Source: a virus
Taxonomy: Duplodnaviria > Caudoviricetes
Strand: one strand, 5' to 3'
IMG/VR virus record: IMGVR_UViG_3300031965_000037
Coordinates: 1 to 55,181 of that record
DNA: 55,181 bases
The position numbers were made by a program, and so were the translations under genes. Below are positions 1 to 8,212 of the stretch, in pieces; position 1 is the stretch's first letter; every line of letters begins with the position of its first letter. Below the pieces are notes generated by a model. It was not told the DNA's origin and did no database searches. It saw only the letters and a program-made list of their open reading frames with translations.

Positions 1-127
1 CCTGCGCGGCAGGGAACGGCTGGCTGCGCGTGGGCTGCGAGCTGCACGATCTCGCGACCTGGTGCCGGGATGCGGACGAGATCGACGCGCGACACGGCGA
101 CGGGATCGCTGAGCGGACTCGCGCGCT
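1..127. repeat. Terminal direct repeat (127 bp), identical to 55055-55181 and to internal 53619-53745
   Basis: Direct comparison of the sequence cctgcgcggcagggaacggc...gcggactcgcgcgct; 127 nt is a typical assembler k-mer overlap for a circular contig. Confidence 0.9.
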
Positions 128-164
128 CGCGGAGCGGCTGATGCGCGGGGAGGTGGTCAAATGA
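1..164 (+). CDS. C-terminal end of repeat-family paralog E (continues from 53779 across the circular join)
   Basis: Reads ...CAAGNGWLRVGCELHDLATWCRDADEIDARHGDGIAERTRALAERLMRGEVVK*, in frame with ATG 53779 once the 127-bp overlap is removed; TGA 162-164 overlaps the next ATG. Confidence 0.8.
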   Translation, partial: CAAGNGWLRVGCELHDLATWCRDADEIDARHGDGIAERTRALAERLMRGEVVK

Positions 165-343
165 AGCTACACATATTCAAGAAAGATGACCGCGTAGAGA
201 TCGACGCAGGCGCATGGATCGCCGTAGGCACATGGGTCAGCTACTGCGGCCTCGAGTTTGACGCGCTCAATCATCCGATGAGGCCGGACTGTATCATTCA
301 CCGAGCGAAAACTGCGCTCAATCTCAAGGAGCTGAACCAATGA
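161..343 (+). CDS. Small hypothetical protein, paralog of 3262-3483
   Basis: GGAGGTG SD with ATGA coupling; shares MKxHxxKKDDR...GTWVSYCGxEFD with 3262-3483. Confidence 0.8.
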   Translation: MKLHIFKKDDRVEIDAGAWIAVGTWVSYCGLEFDALNHPMRPDCIIHRAKTALNLKELNQ

Positions 344-540
344 CCTTTTGCATCGCATGGAACGCTGGCCGCCGCGTGACCGAAGACGCCTGGGAGGTGA
401 ATATCCGCGCGGACACTGGTCGGACCTGGATCACGTGTCGGCTGTGTAGCTGGCGCGGCCCGTGCGGGATCGTCGCGCAGTGTGGGGCGTGTGGGAGTCA
501 CTACGTGCGGCTGGATGCGCGCGGGGAGGTGGCACGATGA
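340..540 (+). CDS. Small Cys-rich (zinc-ribbon-like) protein
   Basis: AAGGAG SD, ATGA overlap; CRLC...CGAC motifs. Confidence 0.7.
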   Translation: MTFCIAWNAGRRVTEDAWEVNIRADTGRTWITCRLCSWRGPCGIVAQCGACGSHYVRLDARGEVAR

Positions 541-1166
541 CATATGGCCAGTTACACAGCTGGACGCTACTGTCCGCGTCGGCTGCGCCATACGAGTGCT
601 TCGCGGCCGCGTGCGCCGGGGGGGGCACCCCCCCTCAATGGACGGAGTGCGGCCCTGATCCGCTATCGTGGGAGGCACCGCCCGATGCGAGTGGAGGACT
701 GGTCCTCTGGTACGCGGATGGCACTCTCGATCGGTGCTCTCCGCAGGTGTGGGCGGAGGGCACCGCAGGCCCCGATGGCGGGGCCTACGAAGCCCTGCTG
801 AACTCCGGCCTCGTCCGGGGGGTCGTGCGCGCGTCGTACGCATCCTCGGGTGGGCGCATGGTCGCGCTCTGCGCTGTGGGAGACGAGTGGGCGATCACCA
901 TCGGGCGGATGGAGACGACGCCGCGCTGCGGGACGAGCGAGGCGAACATCCTCGCTCTCGACCCGGGGGCCCGGGTCCTGGTCTTGGAGGAGAGCCCCAT
1001 AAACGCCAACGCGGAGATTGCCCGGCTCGAAGGCGAACTCCGCGACACGATCAGGCGGGAGAGCGACCGCGACGCGGCGATCGACGCGGCGACGGTGGAG
1101 AACCTGCGACTGCGGGAGCTGCTGCGCGCGGCTGCGGAGTCCGAGTCCGAGGAGGTGCCGCAATGA
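537..1166 (+). CDS. Hypothetical protein with C-terminal coiled coil (start re-assigned to ATG 537)
   Basis: GGAGGTG-N5-ATGA junction at 537; heptad-like EIARLEGELR...ENLRLRELL. Confidence 0.75.
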   Translation: MTYGQLHSWTLLSASAAPYECFAAACAGGGTPPQWTECGPDPLSWEAPPDASGGLVLWYADGTLDRCSPQVWAEGTAGPDGGAYEALLNSGLVRGVVRASYASSGGRMVALCAVGDEWAITIGRMETTPRCGTSEANILALDPGARVLVLEESPINANAEIARLEGELRDTIRRESDRDAAIDAATVENLRLRELLRAAAESESEEVPQ

Positions 1167-1594
1167 AGCACTACACGCACGACGAGTGGATCGCTGGCGC
1201 GGTCCTCGATGACGGTGTCTACTGGCGCGAGTCCAACGGCGAGAGCGTCGAGGTCGCGTCCAATGGGTTCACTCACTACGGTCTGCGGGGGGGTGCGAGG
1301 GGGTCGATCACGGTGCGCGCGTTCGCGGGATCCGCGATCTCTTATCGCTGTGGCGACGGGGAGGGATACGCGATCGAGACCGATCGACGTGGTACACGGC
1401 GTAAGGTGGACGCCCCTTCGATCACCTACACCTGCGCGGCAGGGGACGGCTGGCTGCGCGTCGGCTGCGAGCTGCACGACCTCGCGACCTGGGTGCGCCA
1501 TGCGACCACGATCGACGCGTGCCACGGTGGCGGGATCGCTGATCTCACTCGTGCGCTCGCGGAGCGGCTGATGCGGGACGAGGTGTCGCAATGA
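1163..1594 (+). CDS. Repeat-family paralog A (143 aa; 1 repeat unit; full C-terminal domain)
   Basis: MKHYTHDEWIAGAVL head, one GSAISYRCGDGE unit, LRVGCELHDLATW tail; start ATG 1163 after GGAGGTG. Confidence 0.85.
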   Translation: MKHYTHDEWIAGAVLDDGVYWRESNGESVEVASNGFTHYGLRGGARGSITVRAFAGSAISYRCGDGEGYAIETDRRGTRRKVDAPSITYTCAAGDGWLRVGCELHDLATWVRHATTIDACHGGGIADLTRALAERLMRDEVSQ

Positions 1595-2025
1595 GGCCCT
1601 ACACCCACGCTGAGTGGATCGCTGGCGCGGTGCTCGAAGGCGGCGTCTGGTGGCGGGAAGCCGACGGCGAGGACGTCGAGGTCGTGTCCGATGGGATGGC
1701 CTCGTATGGGCTGCGCGGCGACGCGCACGGCTCGATCACGGTGCGCGCGGGTGCGGGAGACGCGCGCTCCTATCGCTGGGACAGCGGCGATGGATCCGCG
1801 ATCTCCAATTGCCGGGGGAGCGGCACGGGAGACGCGGTCTCCGATCGCAGGGGCGATGGCAAGGGAGACGCGCGCTCCTATCGCTACGGCTGGGGCACGG
1901 GAGACGCGGTCTCCGATCGCAGGGGCGATGGCAAGGGAGACGCGCGCTCCTATCGCAGGGGCTGGGGTGCGGGATCCGCGATCGAGACCGATCGACGTGG
2001 TACACGGTGTAAGGTGGCGCGATGA
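1591..2025 (+). CDS. Repeat-family paralog B (144 aa; 6 units; no C-terminal domain)
   Basis: MRPYTHAEWIAGAVL head; 6 x 12-aa units; ends KVAR*. Confidence 0.85.
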   Translation: MRPYTHAEWIAGAVLEGGVWWREADGEDVEVVSDGMASYGLRGDAHGSITVRAGAGDARSYRWDSGDGSAISNCRGSGTGDAVSDRRGDGKGDARSYRYGWGTGDAVSDRRGDGKGDARSYRRGWGAGSAIETDRRGTRCKVAR

Positions 2026-3068
2026 GGCACTACACGCACGACGAGTGGATCGCTGGCGCGGTCCTCGATGACGGTGTCTGGTGGCGCGAGGCCGACGGCG
2101 AGAGCGTCGAGGTCGTGTCCGATGGGATGGCCTCGTATGGGCTGCGCGGCGACGCGCACGGCTCGATCATCGTGCGCGCGGGCGTGGGGAACGCGCGCTC
2201 CATACGCGGCGGCGATGGCGAGGGAGACGCGACCTCCTATCGCTGGGGCGATGGCGAGGGATACGCGCGCTCCTATCGCTGGGGCGATGGCGAGGGATAC
2301 GCGCGCTCCTATCGCGGCGGCGCTGGCGTGGGGAACGCGATCTCCAATCGCGACGGTGAGGGCGATGGAGACGCGATCTCCTATCGCGGCGGCGAGGGCG
2401 CGGGATACGCGCGCTCCTATCGCAGCGGCGATGGCGCGGGATACGCGATCTCCGATCGCGGCGGCGCTGGCGCGGGATACGCGCGCTCCTATCGCGACGG
2501 CGATGGCGCGGGATACGCGGTCTCCGATCGCGACGGCGATGGCGCGGGGAACGCGCGCTCCTATCGCAACGGCTATGGCGAGGGAGACGCGATCTCCGAT
2601 CGCGGCGGCGCTGGCGAGGGAGACGCGATCTCCGATCGCGACGGCGAGGGCGAGGGAGACGCGTACTCCACTCGCTACGGCGCTGGCGCGGGATACGCGA
2701 TCTCCAATCGCGACGGTGAGGGCGATGGAGACGCGATCTCCTATCGCTACGGTGAGGGCGATGGAGACGCGCGCTCCTATCGCAGCGGCGCTGGCGCGGG
2801 ATACGCGCGCTCCTATTACTTCGGCTGCGGCGCGGGAGACGCGATCTCCGATCGCTTCGGCGCTGGCGCGGGATACGCGCGCTCCTATCGCGACGGCGAT
2901 GGCGCGGGATACGCGCGCTCCTATCGCGACGGCGATGGCGCGGGATACGCGGTCTCCACTCGCTTCGGCTGCGGTGCGGGATACGCGATCTCCTATCGCG
3001 GCGGCGATGGCGCGGGATACGCGATCGAGACCGATCGACGTGGTACACGGCGTAAGGTGGCCCGATGA
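2022..3068 (+). CDS. Repeat-family paralog C (348 aa; 23 units; no C-terminal domain)
   Basis: 55-aa head + 276 aa (23 x 12) + 17-aa tail ending KVAR*. Confidence 0.85.
   Translation: MRHYTHDEWIAGAVLDDGVWWREADGESVEVVSDGMASYGLRGDAHGSIIVRAGVGNARSIRGGDGEGDATSYRWGDGEGYARSYRWGDGEGYARSYRGGAGVGNAISNRDGEGDGDAISYRGGEGAGYARSYRSGDGAGYAISDRGGAGAGYARSYRDGDGAGYAVSDRDGDGAGNARSYRNGYGEGDAISDRGGAGEGDAISDRDGEGEGDAYSTRYGAGAGYAISNRDGEGDGDAISYRYGEGDGDARSYRSGAGAGYARSYYFGCGAGDAISDRFGAGAGYARSYRDGDGAGYARSYRDGDGAGYAVSTRFGCGAGYAISYRGGDGAGYAIETDRRGTRRKVAR
2187..3014 (+). repeat. 36-bp coding tandem array, 23 units
   Basis: Consensus GGA NAC GCG NNC TCC NAT CGC NNC GGC NNN GGC GNG repeated head to tail. Confidence 0.9.
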
Positions 3069-3265
3069 GCGGGCTAGGCTTTATTGCTGCGGAGCGACCG
3101 CAGCAATGTGACCTTTGCGGAGATGTGGCGGAATTGCGACCGTACGGCCCGAACGGTGAGTGCGTCTGCTTCACCTGCGGAATGCAGGATGAAAGGGCAG
3201 TTGAACGGAGGTTTGTCAAATTGGTCCTAGGCGAGGATGGCAAGGAACTCGAAGCGCAGCAATGA
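3065..3265 (+). CDS. Small zinc-finger-like protein
   Basis: CDLC...CFTC; AGGTG-N5-ATGA junction. Confidence 0.75.
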   Translation: MSGLGFIAAERPQQCDLCGDVAELRPYGPNGECVCFTCGMQDERAVERRFVKLVLGEDGKELEAQQ

Positions 3266-3483
3266 AGATGCACCTGCTCAAGAAAGATGACCGCTCATAC
3301 CTCGGCACATGGGTCAGCTACTGCGGCCACGAGTTTGACGTGCTGCATCTGGGTCCAGTGGGTATTCGAGCGGCCACGTGCAGGCGCTGTCTCAAGTCGG
3401 CGAAGCGCATCCGCAGAGCCAATGCCCACCGTGCGACTTTCGAAGCTAACGACGCGGCTGCGCGGCTGCGGGAGCTGCGCTAA
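3262..3483 (+). CDS. Small hypothetical protein, paralog of 161-343, with added CxxC
   Basis: MKMHLLKKDDR..GTWVSYCGHEFD...TCRRC; ATGA overlap. Confidence 0.8.
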   Translation: MKMHLLKKDDRSYLGTWVSYCGHEFDVLHLGPVGIRAATCRRCLKSAKRIRRANAHRATFEANDAAARLRELR

Positions 3484-3842
3484 TGGGTTATGTACGCCAC
3501 GTTGCGCTCGTTGTTACCGGGCATGACTACTCGGATGCGATCGACCGCGCCCACGTTGAGGCAGTGCGGATATGCGGCGAGCGTGTCACTTCGCTTATTC
3601 GATCTCCTGTGAACGGCTACCGCTCGTTCATGGCGGCCCCAGACGGCAGCAAGCTAGGTTGGCGAGAGTCGGACGAAGCGACCGAGCAGCGTGAACAACT
3701 CAAGTCCTGGATGAAGCTCACACGCCACGAGGACGGCAGCGGGCCTTTGGCATGGGTCGAGGTTCAGTTTGGCGATGACGAGTTGGATACCCGCGTGGTG
3801 GACGATTCTGACGCTGATGTTCGCGATAAGCGAGGAGTCTAA
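3483..3842 (+). CDS. Hypothetical phage protein
   Basis: TAATG overlaps at both ends; GGAG SD; protein-like composition (APDGSKLGWRES). Confidence 0.75.
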   Translation: MGYVRHVALVVTGHDYSDAIDRAHVEAVRICGERVTSLIRSPVNGYRSFMAAPDGSKLGWRESDEATEQREQLKSWMKLTRHEDGSGPLAWVEVQFGDDELDTRVVDDSDADVRDKRGV

Positions 3843-4216
3843 TGGGCTACCCCCGCGAACTCGACGAGATGAGCGACAAGGAGGTCTTCGAGGAGGCCAA
3901 GCGTCGCTTCTACTGCCGCCGCACCTTCACGTGCTACTACTGCGGCAAGCCGCTCGGCAATGGTGTGCCGTGCAAGATCCAGCCGCACGCCAAGCAGGGC
4001 ATCGTCCTGGAGCAGATCGAAGGCGAGCCCATGTGCGAGATCGCGACACACCTGGAGACGATGATCCCGGACGGCTGGGGCTACTGCCTCGTGCTCGCGC
4101 GCCTCAACGATCCGCAGGGGGTGATGACGCACATCAGTACGATCCGGCGACAGGACGCGATCGGCGTGTTGCGCAGCTACGCGGACCACTTGGAGAGCGG
4201 GGCGCGAGGACTATGA
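3842..4216 (+). CDS. Hypothetical protein with CxxC motif
   Basis: GAGGAG SD, TAATG overlap, CYYC. Confidence 0.75.
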   Translation: MGYPRELDEMSDKEVFEEAKRRFYCRRTFTCYYCGKPLGNGVPCKIQPHAKQGIVLEQIEGEPMCEIATHLETMIPDGWGYCLVLARLNDPQGVMTHISTIRRQDAIGVLRSYADHLESGARGL

Positions 4217-4833
4217 TCCGGGTCGCCGCGCTATACGTTGCTAGCGATGGGCCCTATTTCGGTCTCGCAGACGTCGACCCGTGGGACATTGATCTCGACG
4301 CGCGTAAGTACGCCGGTCCATGGCCTGTCGTCGCTCACCCTCCGTGCTCGCGGTGGTCTCGCTTGGCCGGGCTGGTCGAGGCGCGCTGGGGCTATAAACA
4401 GGGCGATGATGGGGGATGCTTCGCCGCCGCCCTTGCTGCCGTGCGAACTTACGGCGGTGTCCTGGAGCATCCCGCTTATTCGGCTGCGTGGCCGCAATAC
4501 AGTCTAGCGCGACCTCATCGTGATGGAGGATGGCAGCGATCGACCGATGGCGGATGGGTCTGCCAAGTCGAGCAAGGGCGATACGGGCACCCGGCGAAAA
4601 AAGCAACGTGGCTCTACGCGTTTGGCCTTGAGGACCCACCTGTCCTGCGCTGGGGTTACACGCATAACGCCGAGGGCAAGGCGCTTGTCAGCTGGTGTGG
4701 AAATCACACTGCGGTACACGATCATCGCCCACGACTGTCGTCAAAATTGGCCTCGCGCAGTCCCGTGGAGTTTCGGGATGAGTTATTGTCCATCGCGAGG
4801 CTGGCGCGGCGACCGAACTCAAAGCCTCATTAA
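4213..4833 (+). CDS. DNA cytosine methyltransferase-like protein (short phage type)
   Basis: Start ATG 4213 (GAGGA SD, ATGA overlap); VAHPPC catalytic-like PC motif, VLEHP (ENV-like), QGRYGHPAKKATWL. Confidence 0.65.
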   Translation: MIRVAALYVASDGPYFGLADVDPWDIDLDARKYAGPWPVVAHPPCSRWSRLAGLVEARWGYKQGDDGGCFAAALAAVRTYGGVLEHPAYSAAWPQYSLARPHRDGGWQRSTDGGWVCQVEQGRYGHPAKKATWLYAFGLEDPPVLRWGYTHNAEGKALVSWCGNHTAVHDHRPRLSSKLASRSPVEFRDELLSIARLARRPNSKPH

Positions 4834-4851
4834 CATTAAGGAGCCAGACCA

Positions 4852-5232
4852 ATGACGACCGCCGCCGACATGATCGAGCGCTTGCGAGTCAAGTACTCCA
4901 CCGACAAGGGCGAGTGGGCCACGTTTGCGGAGATCAGCGCACCAGGCGAGAAGCACGGCGTCAAAGCCGATCGACGCATCGACTTCTTGGCGCTGCGACT
5001 GTGGGGACGCTCCACCTTGGTGGCCGTGGAGGTCAAGGTCTCGCGCGCTGACTGGCTCGCGGAGTTGGCCGACCCCGACAAGCGCGAGTACTTTGAGCGG
5101 CGCGCGAACGCGTTTTGGATCGCGGCGGCCAAGGGCGTCGTCGAGGTCGAGGAGTTGCCGGATGGTGTCGGGCTCTTCGTGACGCATGGGTCGCGGCTGC
5201 GCATCGTGAGAGCCGCCCGGTATTACCGGTAG
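4852..5232 (+). CDS. MmcB-like PD-(D/E)xK nuclease, possibly interrupted by an in-frame TAG
   Basis: AAGGAG SD; RIDFLAL...AVEVKVSRADWLAEL..PDK...ELPDGVGL motif set. Confidence 0.7.
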   Translation: MTTAADMIERLRVKYSTDKGEWATFAEISAPGEKHGVKADRRIDFLALRLWGRSTLVAVEVKVSRADWLAELADPDKREYFERRANAFWIAAAKGVVEVEELPDGVGLFVTHGSRLRIVRAARYYR

Positions 5233-5253
5233 CGTCCGATCCCGGGGCGTCTC

Positions 5254-5907
5254 TTGGTGGCGCTGCTTAAGCGCCGCGAGCGCGACATCCGCGAGGTCGA
5301 GGAGCAGATGACGACGCTCAAGGCGGAGTACGCGACCCTGCGAGGGCGATCAATCTCCGTGGCGGAAATCCGAGAAATCAGCCGCAAGTTCACCGCGCGC
5401 TGGTTCGCGCAGCGCTCCCCCGAAGCACGAGCTGAGCGACGACGGACCGTCGAGGATCTTAAGCGCGAGTGGAGCGACGTGATCCACGCGCTGCACGCCG
5501 CGATTGAGCGCACAGGTGGGACGCCCCGCGCCTGGACCTGGCCGGGCAAGCAGGTGATCATCGACTGGCTCGAGGCTCAGACCCGGCCCGCCGAGATGGA
5601 GCTCAAGAGCGCGGAGCTTGCGGCGCGGCTCCGCGCGTTTGCGACGGAGCTGGAGTCCTCCGCCGATGCCACAGCCCCCGCCAGGGTGAGCCCGGCGCCC
5701 CCGCCCTACGGGCTGCCCGGTGCGGGTAGCGTACTGGGCGGACCCTGGCGGGGATCATCGGGGCGCTGGAGCGCGACTAGGCGGCCCAGAGTGATCGCGC
5801 TCGGCGGCGACGGCAGCAGCCGCGAACGCTGGGGCTGGGCGACGCCGTCGAGGTGCTCCCCCACCGGGAGACCCCCCCCCTCGCCTGGCCTAGCTGCCCC
5901 CGGATAG
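5254..5907 (+). CDS. Coiled-coil protein, probably the C-terminal part of the 4852 ORF
   Basis: Same frame as 4852, separated only by TAG 5230-5232; no SD; the 3' part is low-complexity and doubtful. Confidence 0.5.
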   Translation: MVALLKRRERDIREVEEQMTTLKAEYATLRGRSISVAEIREISRKFTARWFAQRSPEARAERRRTVEDLKREWSDVIHALHAAIERTGGTPRAWTWPGKQVIIDWLEAQTRPAEMELKSAELAARLRAFATELESSADATAPARVSPAPPPYGLPGAGSVLGGPWRGSSGRWSATRRPRVIALGGDGSSRERWGWATPSRCSPTGRPPPSPGLAAPG

Positions 5908-6098
5908 CCGCTCCCTGCGGCTGTGCTTGACGATCGAGGCTGATCGCGAGCCGCTGCCCGCGAAGTCGCCAGCGGCCAGCACAGGCGCTCTCAGCGCGTC
6001 TCGCCGCGATCAGCGGGCAAGGGGCACGCGAGCCCGTGCCCCAAGCCGATGCCCCCCCCCTGCCATTCCGGCGGTGGCAGTCCGATGTTTGACGGCGT

Positions 6099-6135
6099 AG
6101 GATCCCTTACACAGGATCCCCTACACAGGATCCCT
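6099..6135. repeat. 14-bp tandem repeat AGGATCCCYTACAC (~2.6 copies) in a non-coding gap
   Basis: aggatcccttacac / aggatcccctacac / aggatccct. Confidence 0.8.
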
Positions 6136-6166
6136 CCCACTCCTCCCTTCACGCCGGAATCAGAAA

Positions 6167-6523
6167 ATGACAAAAAAAAGCAGTAAGACGACCGAGCTGA
6201 CCGCCATGGAAAAAGCGAAGAGCCTGCTCGATGAGCTCAAGGCGATGACCCCGGACTCGGAATACAGCATAGCGACAGTGCTGGTATCGACTGAGGTTGA
6301 TCGCGTATCGCTCGTGCTCCAGCACGAGCGACACGCGCTCACATCCTGGAGCGAGCCGGGCCCGGAAAATACGGTCATGGCCTGCGCCAAGGGATGGGGC
6401 AAGCTGGTCACGACGCTCGAGGGCATAATCGTGGGCATGCGATCATCGCGACGGAGTGACCAGCAGTGCGAATCCAGCGAGGCTGGATTCAGCGCTGAAT
6501 CCAGCGGAGAAACGAAAAGCTAG
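6167..6523 (+). CDS. Hypothetical protein
   Basis: ATG ORF with genome-typical codon usage upstream of the ATPase. Confidence 0.6.
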   Translation: MTKKSSKTTELTAMEKAKSLLDELKAMTPDSEYSIATVLVSTEVDRVSLVLQHERHALTSWSEPGPENTVMACAKGWGKLVTTLEGIIVGMRSSRRSDQQCESSEAGFSAESSGETKS

Positions 6524-6572
6524 ACTGGGCGGAATTCGCCACGAATCAAAAAAAACGAAAGAGGTAACTTCG

Positions 6573-7925
6573 ATGACCGTGACCGATGCAAGCAAGTTCG
6601 ATGACATGACGATCGTGAGTCTGACCGTCGATTCGTTTCAAAAAATTCGCGCGGCTCATGTCGAGCCGAGTCCAACAGGCGTCGTCGCTGTCCGGGGAAA
6701 AAACAGGGCCGGGAAGTCGTCGTTGATTGGCTCGATGATGGCCGTGCTCCTCGGGCGGAAGTTCCGCCCGACGCTCCCCATCACCGCCGGCGAGCGAGGC
6801 TCAAAGGCACTGCTCGATCTCGGTCGCATCGAGATCATCGGAGCGTGGAAGCGCGACAGCGCCGGTGCGGCGAAGTTCTCCCTCGCGATCAAATCGAAGG
6901 AGGGCTACAAGTTCGGCACCCCTGCGGCACTACTCGATGAGCTCGTGTCAAATTGCGCTGACCCAGGCGCGTTCATCGAGATGACCCCGGCGGAACAAGG
7001 CCGTGAAGTGCTCGCCGCGCTTGGTCTCTCCGACGAACTCACGCGGATGGAAGACGAAGTCTCTGCGGCATTCGAGCGCCGCAAAGAGATCGCGCGTGAC
7101 GAGAGATCCGCACGCGCCGAATACGAGAGTCTTCGCGCTCGGACCAGTCAACTCCCGAGGGTCGAAGCTGTCGCGCCAATCGAAGAGCTGACCGTCCAGC
7201 TCAGGGAGGCGAACGAGGCAAATTCGAAGCTCGAGCGCAATCGGCTCGAGCTGACCTCGATCGAGCGCGAGGGGCACAGACTCGCTTCCGAGCTCAAAGA
7301 GCTGGAGGCGAGGATGGCTCAAGTGAAAGCTGCGATCGAGTCGAAGCGCGAGGAGTACTCGGCGCTAGCGAGCGAAGTCGCGAGCTCGAAGCTGGTCGAC
7401 ACTGCGAATCTCGAGCGGCTGATCCAGATCGCGTCGGCGCAGGCGAAGAATCAGTCGATTCGCGATCAGTTTGCCGACGCCTCAAACAAGGTCGGCGCCC
7501 TCGAGGCCCAGCTCTCCGAGGCGAACGAGACGCTGGAATCTTGCCGGCTGGATGTGCGCAAGCTGTTTGAGTCGGTCGACTTCCCCATCGAGGGGATGAG
7601 GTACGACCTCGAATCCAAGGCGCTGCTTCTCAACGACCTCCCGCTCGCGCAAGCCTCGCAGGCCGAAGCGATCCAGGTCGGGTGCGCGATCGCGATGCTC
7701 GGTGATCCGAAGATTCGCGTGATGTTCATCCGCGACGGCTCGCTGCTCGATGCTGACTCGCTTGCGTTGATCGATCAGATTTGCGTCGAGCACAACTTCC
7801 AGGCGTGGGTCGAGCAGGTCTCGAGCGATTCCGCCGGCGTGGGCATCTACATTGAGGACGGCGAGGTCGTCCAGATCACGGCGGGTGACTCGATTTTGGT
7901 TGATTCGGATGGGGAGGCGCAGTAG
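6573..7925 (+). CDS. SMC/Rad50(SbcC)-like coiled-coil ABC ATPase
   Basis: GAGGT SD before ATG 6573; Walker A GKNRAGKSS, long coiled coil, signature LAQASQAE, Walker B/D-loop IRDGSLLD. Confidence 0.85.
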   Translation: MTVTDASKFDDMTIVSLTVDSFQKIRAAHVEPSPTGVVAVRGKNRAGKSSLIGSMMAVLLGRKFRPTLPITAGERGSKALLDLGRIEIIGAWKRDSAGAAKFSLAIKSKEGYKFGTPAALLDELVSNCADPGAFIEMTPAEQGREVLAALGLSDELTRMEDEVSAAFERRKEIARDERSARAEYESLRARTSQLPRVEAVAPIEELTVQLREANEANSKLERNRLELTSIEREGHRLASELKELEARMAQVKAAIESKREEYSALASEVASSKLVDTANLERLIQIASAQAKNQSIRDQFADASNKVGALEAQLSEANETLESCRLDVRKLFESVDFPIEGMRYDLESKALLLNDLPLAQASQAEAIQVGCAIAMLGDPKIRVMFIRDGSLLDADSLALIDQICVEHNFQAWVEQVSSDSAGVGIYIEDGEVVQITAGDSILVDSDGEAQ

Positions 7926-8212
7926 CGATGGGTTTCGATCGCCGCTCGACGCAAACGGGTTTCAGCGGCGATCGAAGCCCAACCTTGAAACGCTTCTTCC
8001 GCCTCGCGTCGCTTGTTTTCGGCTACCTCGTGCTTGTGCCGATGCTCTGGATGCTGACAAAAGTGAGCGACGTGCTTGACAGGCGGACGGATGATCGACC
8101 CTATTGATTTCGCATCACGCCTCGTAACTCGCGCATCGCGCCTCGCGCCTCGTACCGACACCCAGATACCAGATACCCATTCGACGATCTCGAATCAGAA
8201 GGAATGCCAGCC

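Noticed and set aside
668-1162. Upstream extensions of track ORFs (668, 3769, 6456, 9606, 19678, 31926, 37326, 53117)
   Set aside because: They overlap real upstream genes and are Arg-rich off-frame text; internal starts with SD or stop-start coupling fit better
2187-3014. 36-bp periodic array as a CRISPR array
   Set aside because: Units are contiguous with no unique spacers, keep one reading frame inside an ORF, and there is no cas operon
5230-5232. Genome-wide TAG reassignment
   Set aside because: TAG correctly terminates several genes (portal 15455, protease 17004, 22048) and the long genes are not fragmented
8076-8110. TTGACA as the -35 of a promoter
   Set aside because: No convincing -10 hexamer at 16-18 bp spacing
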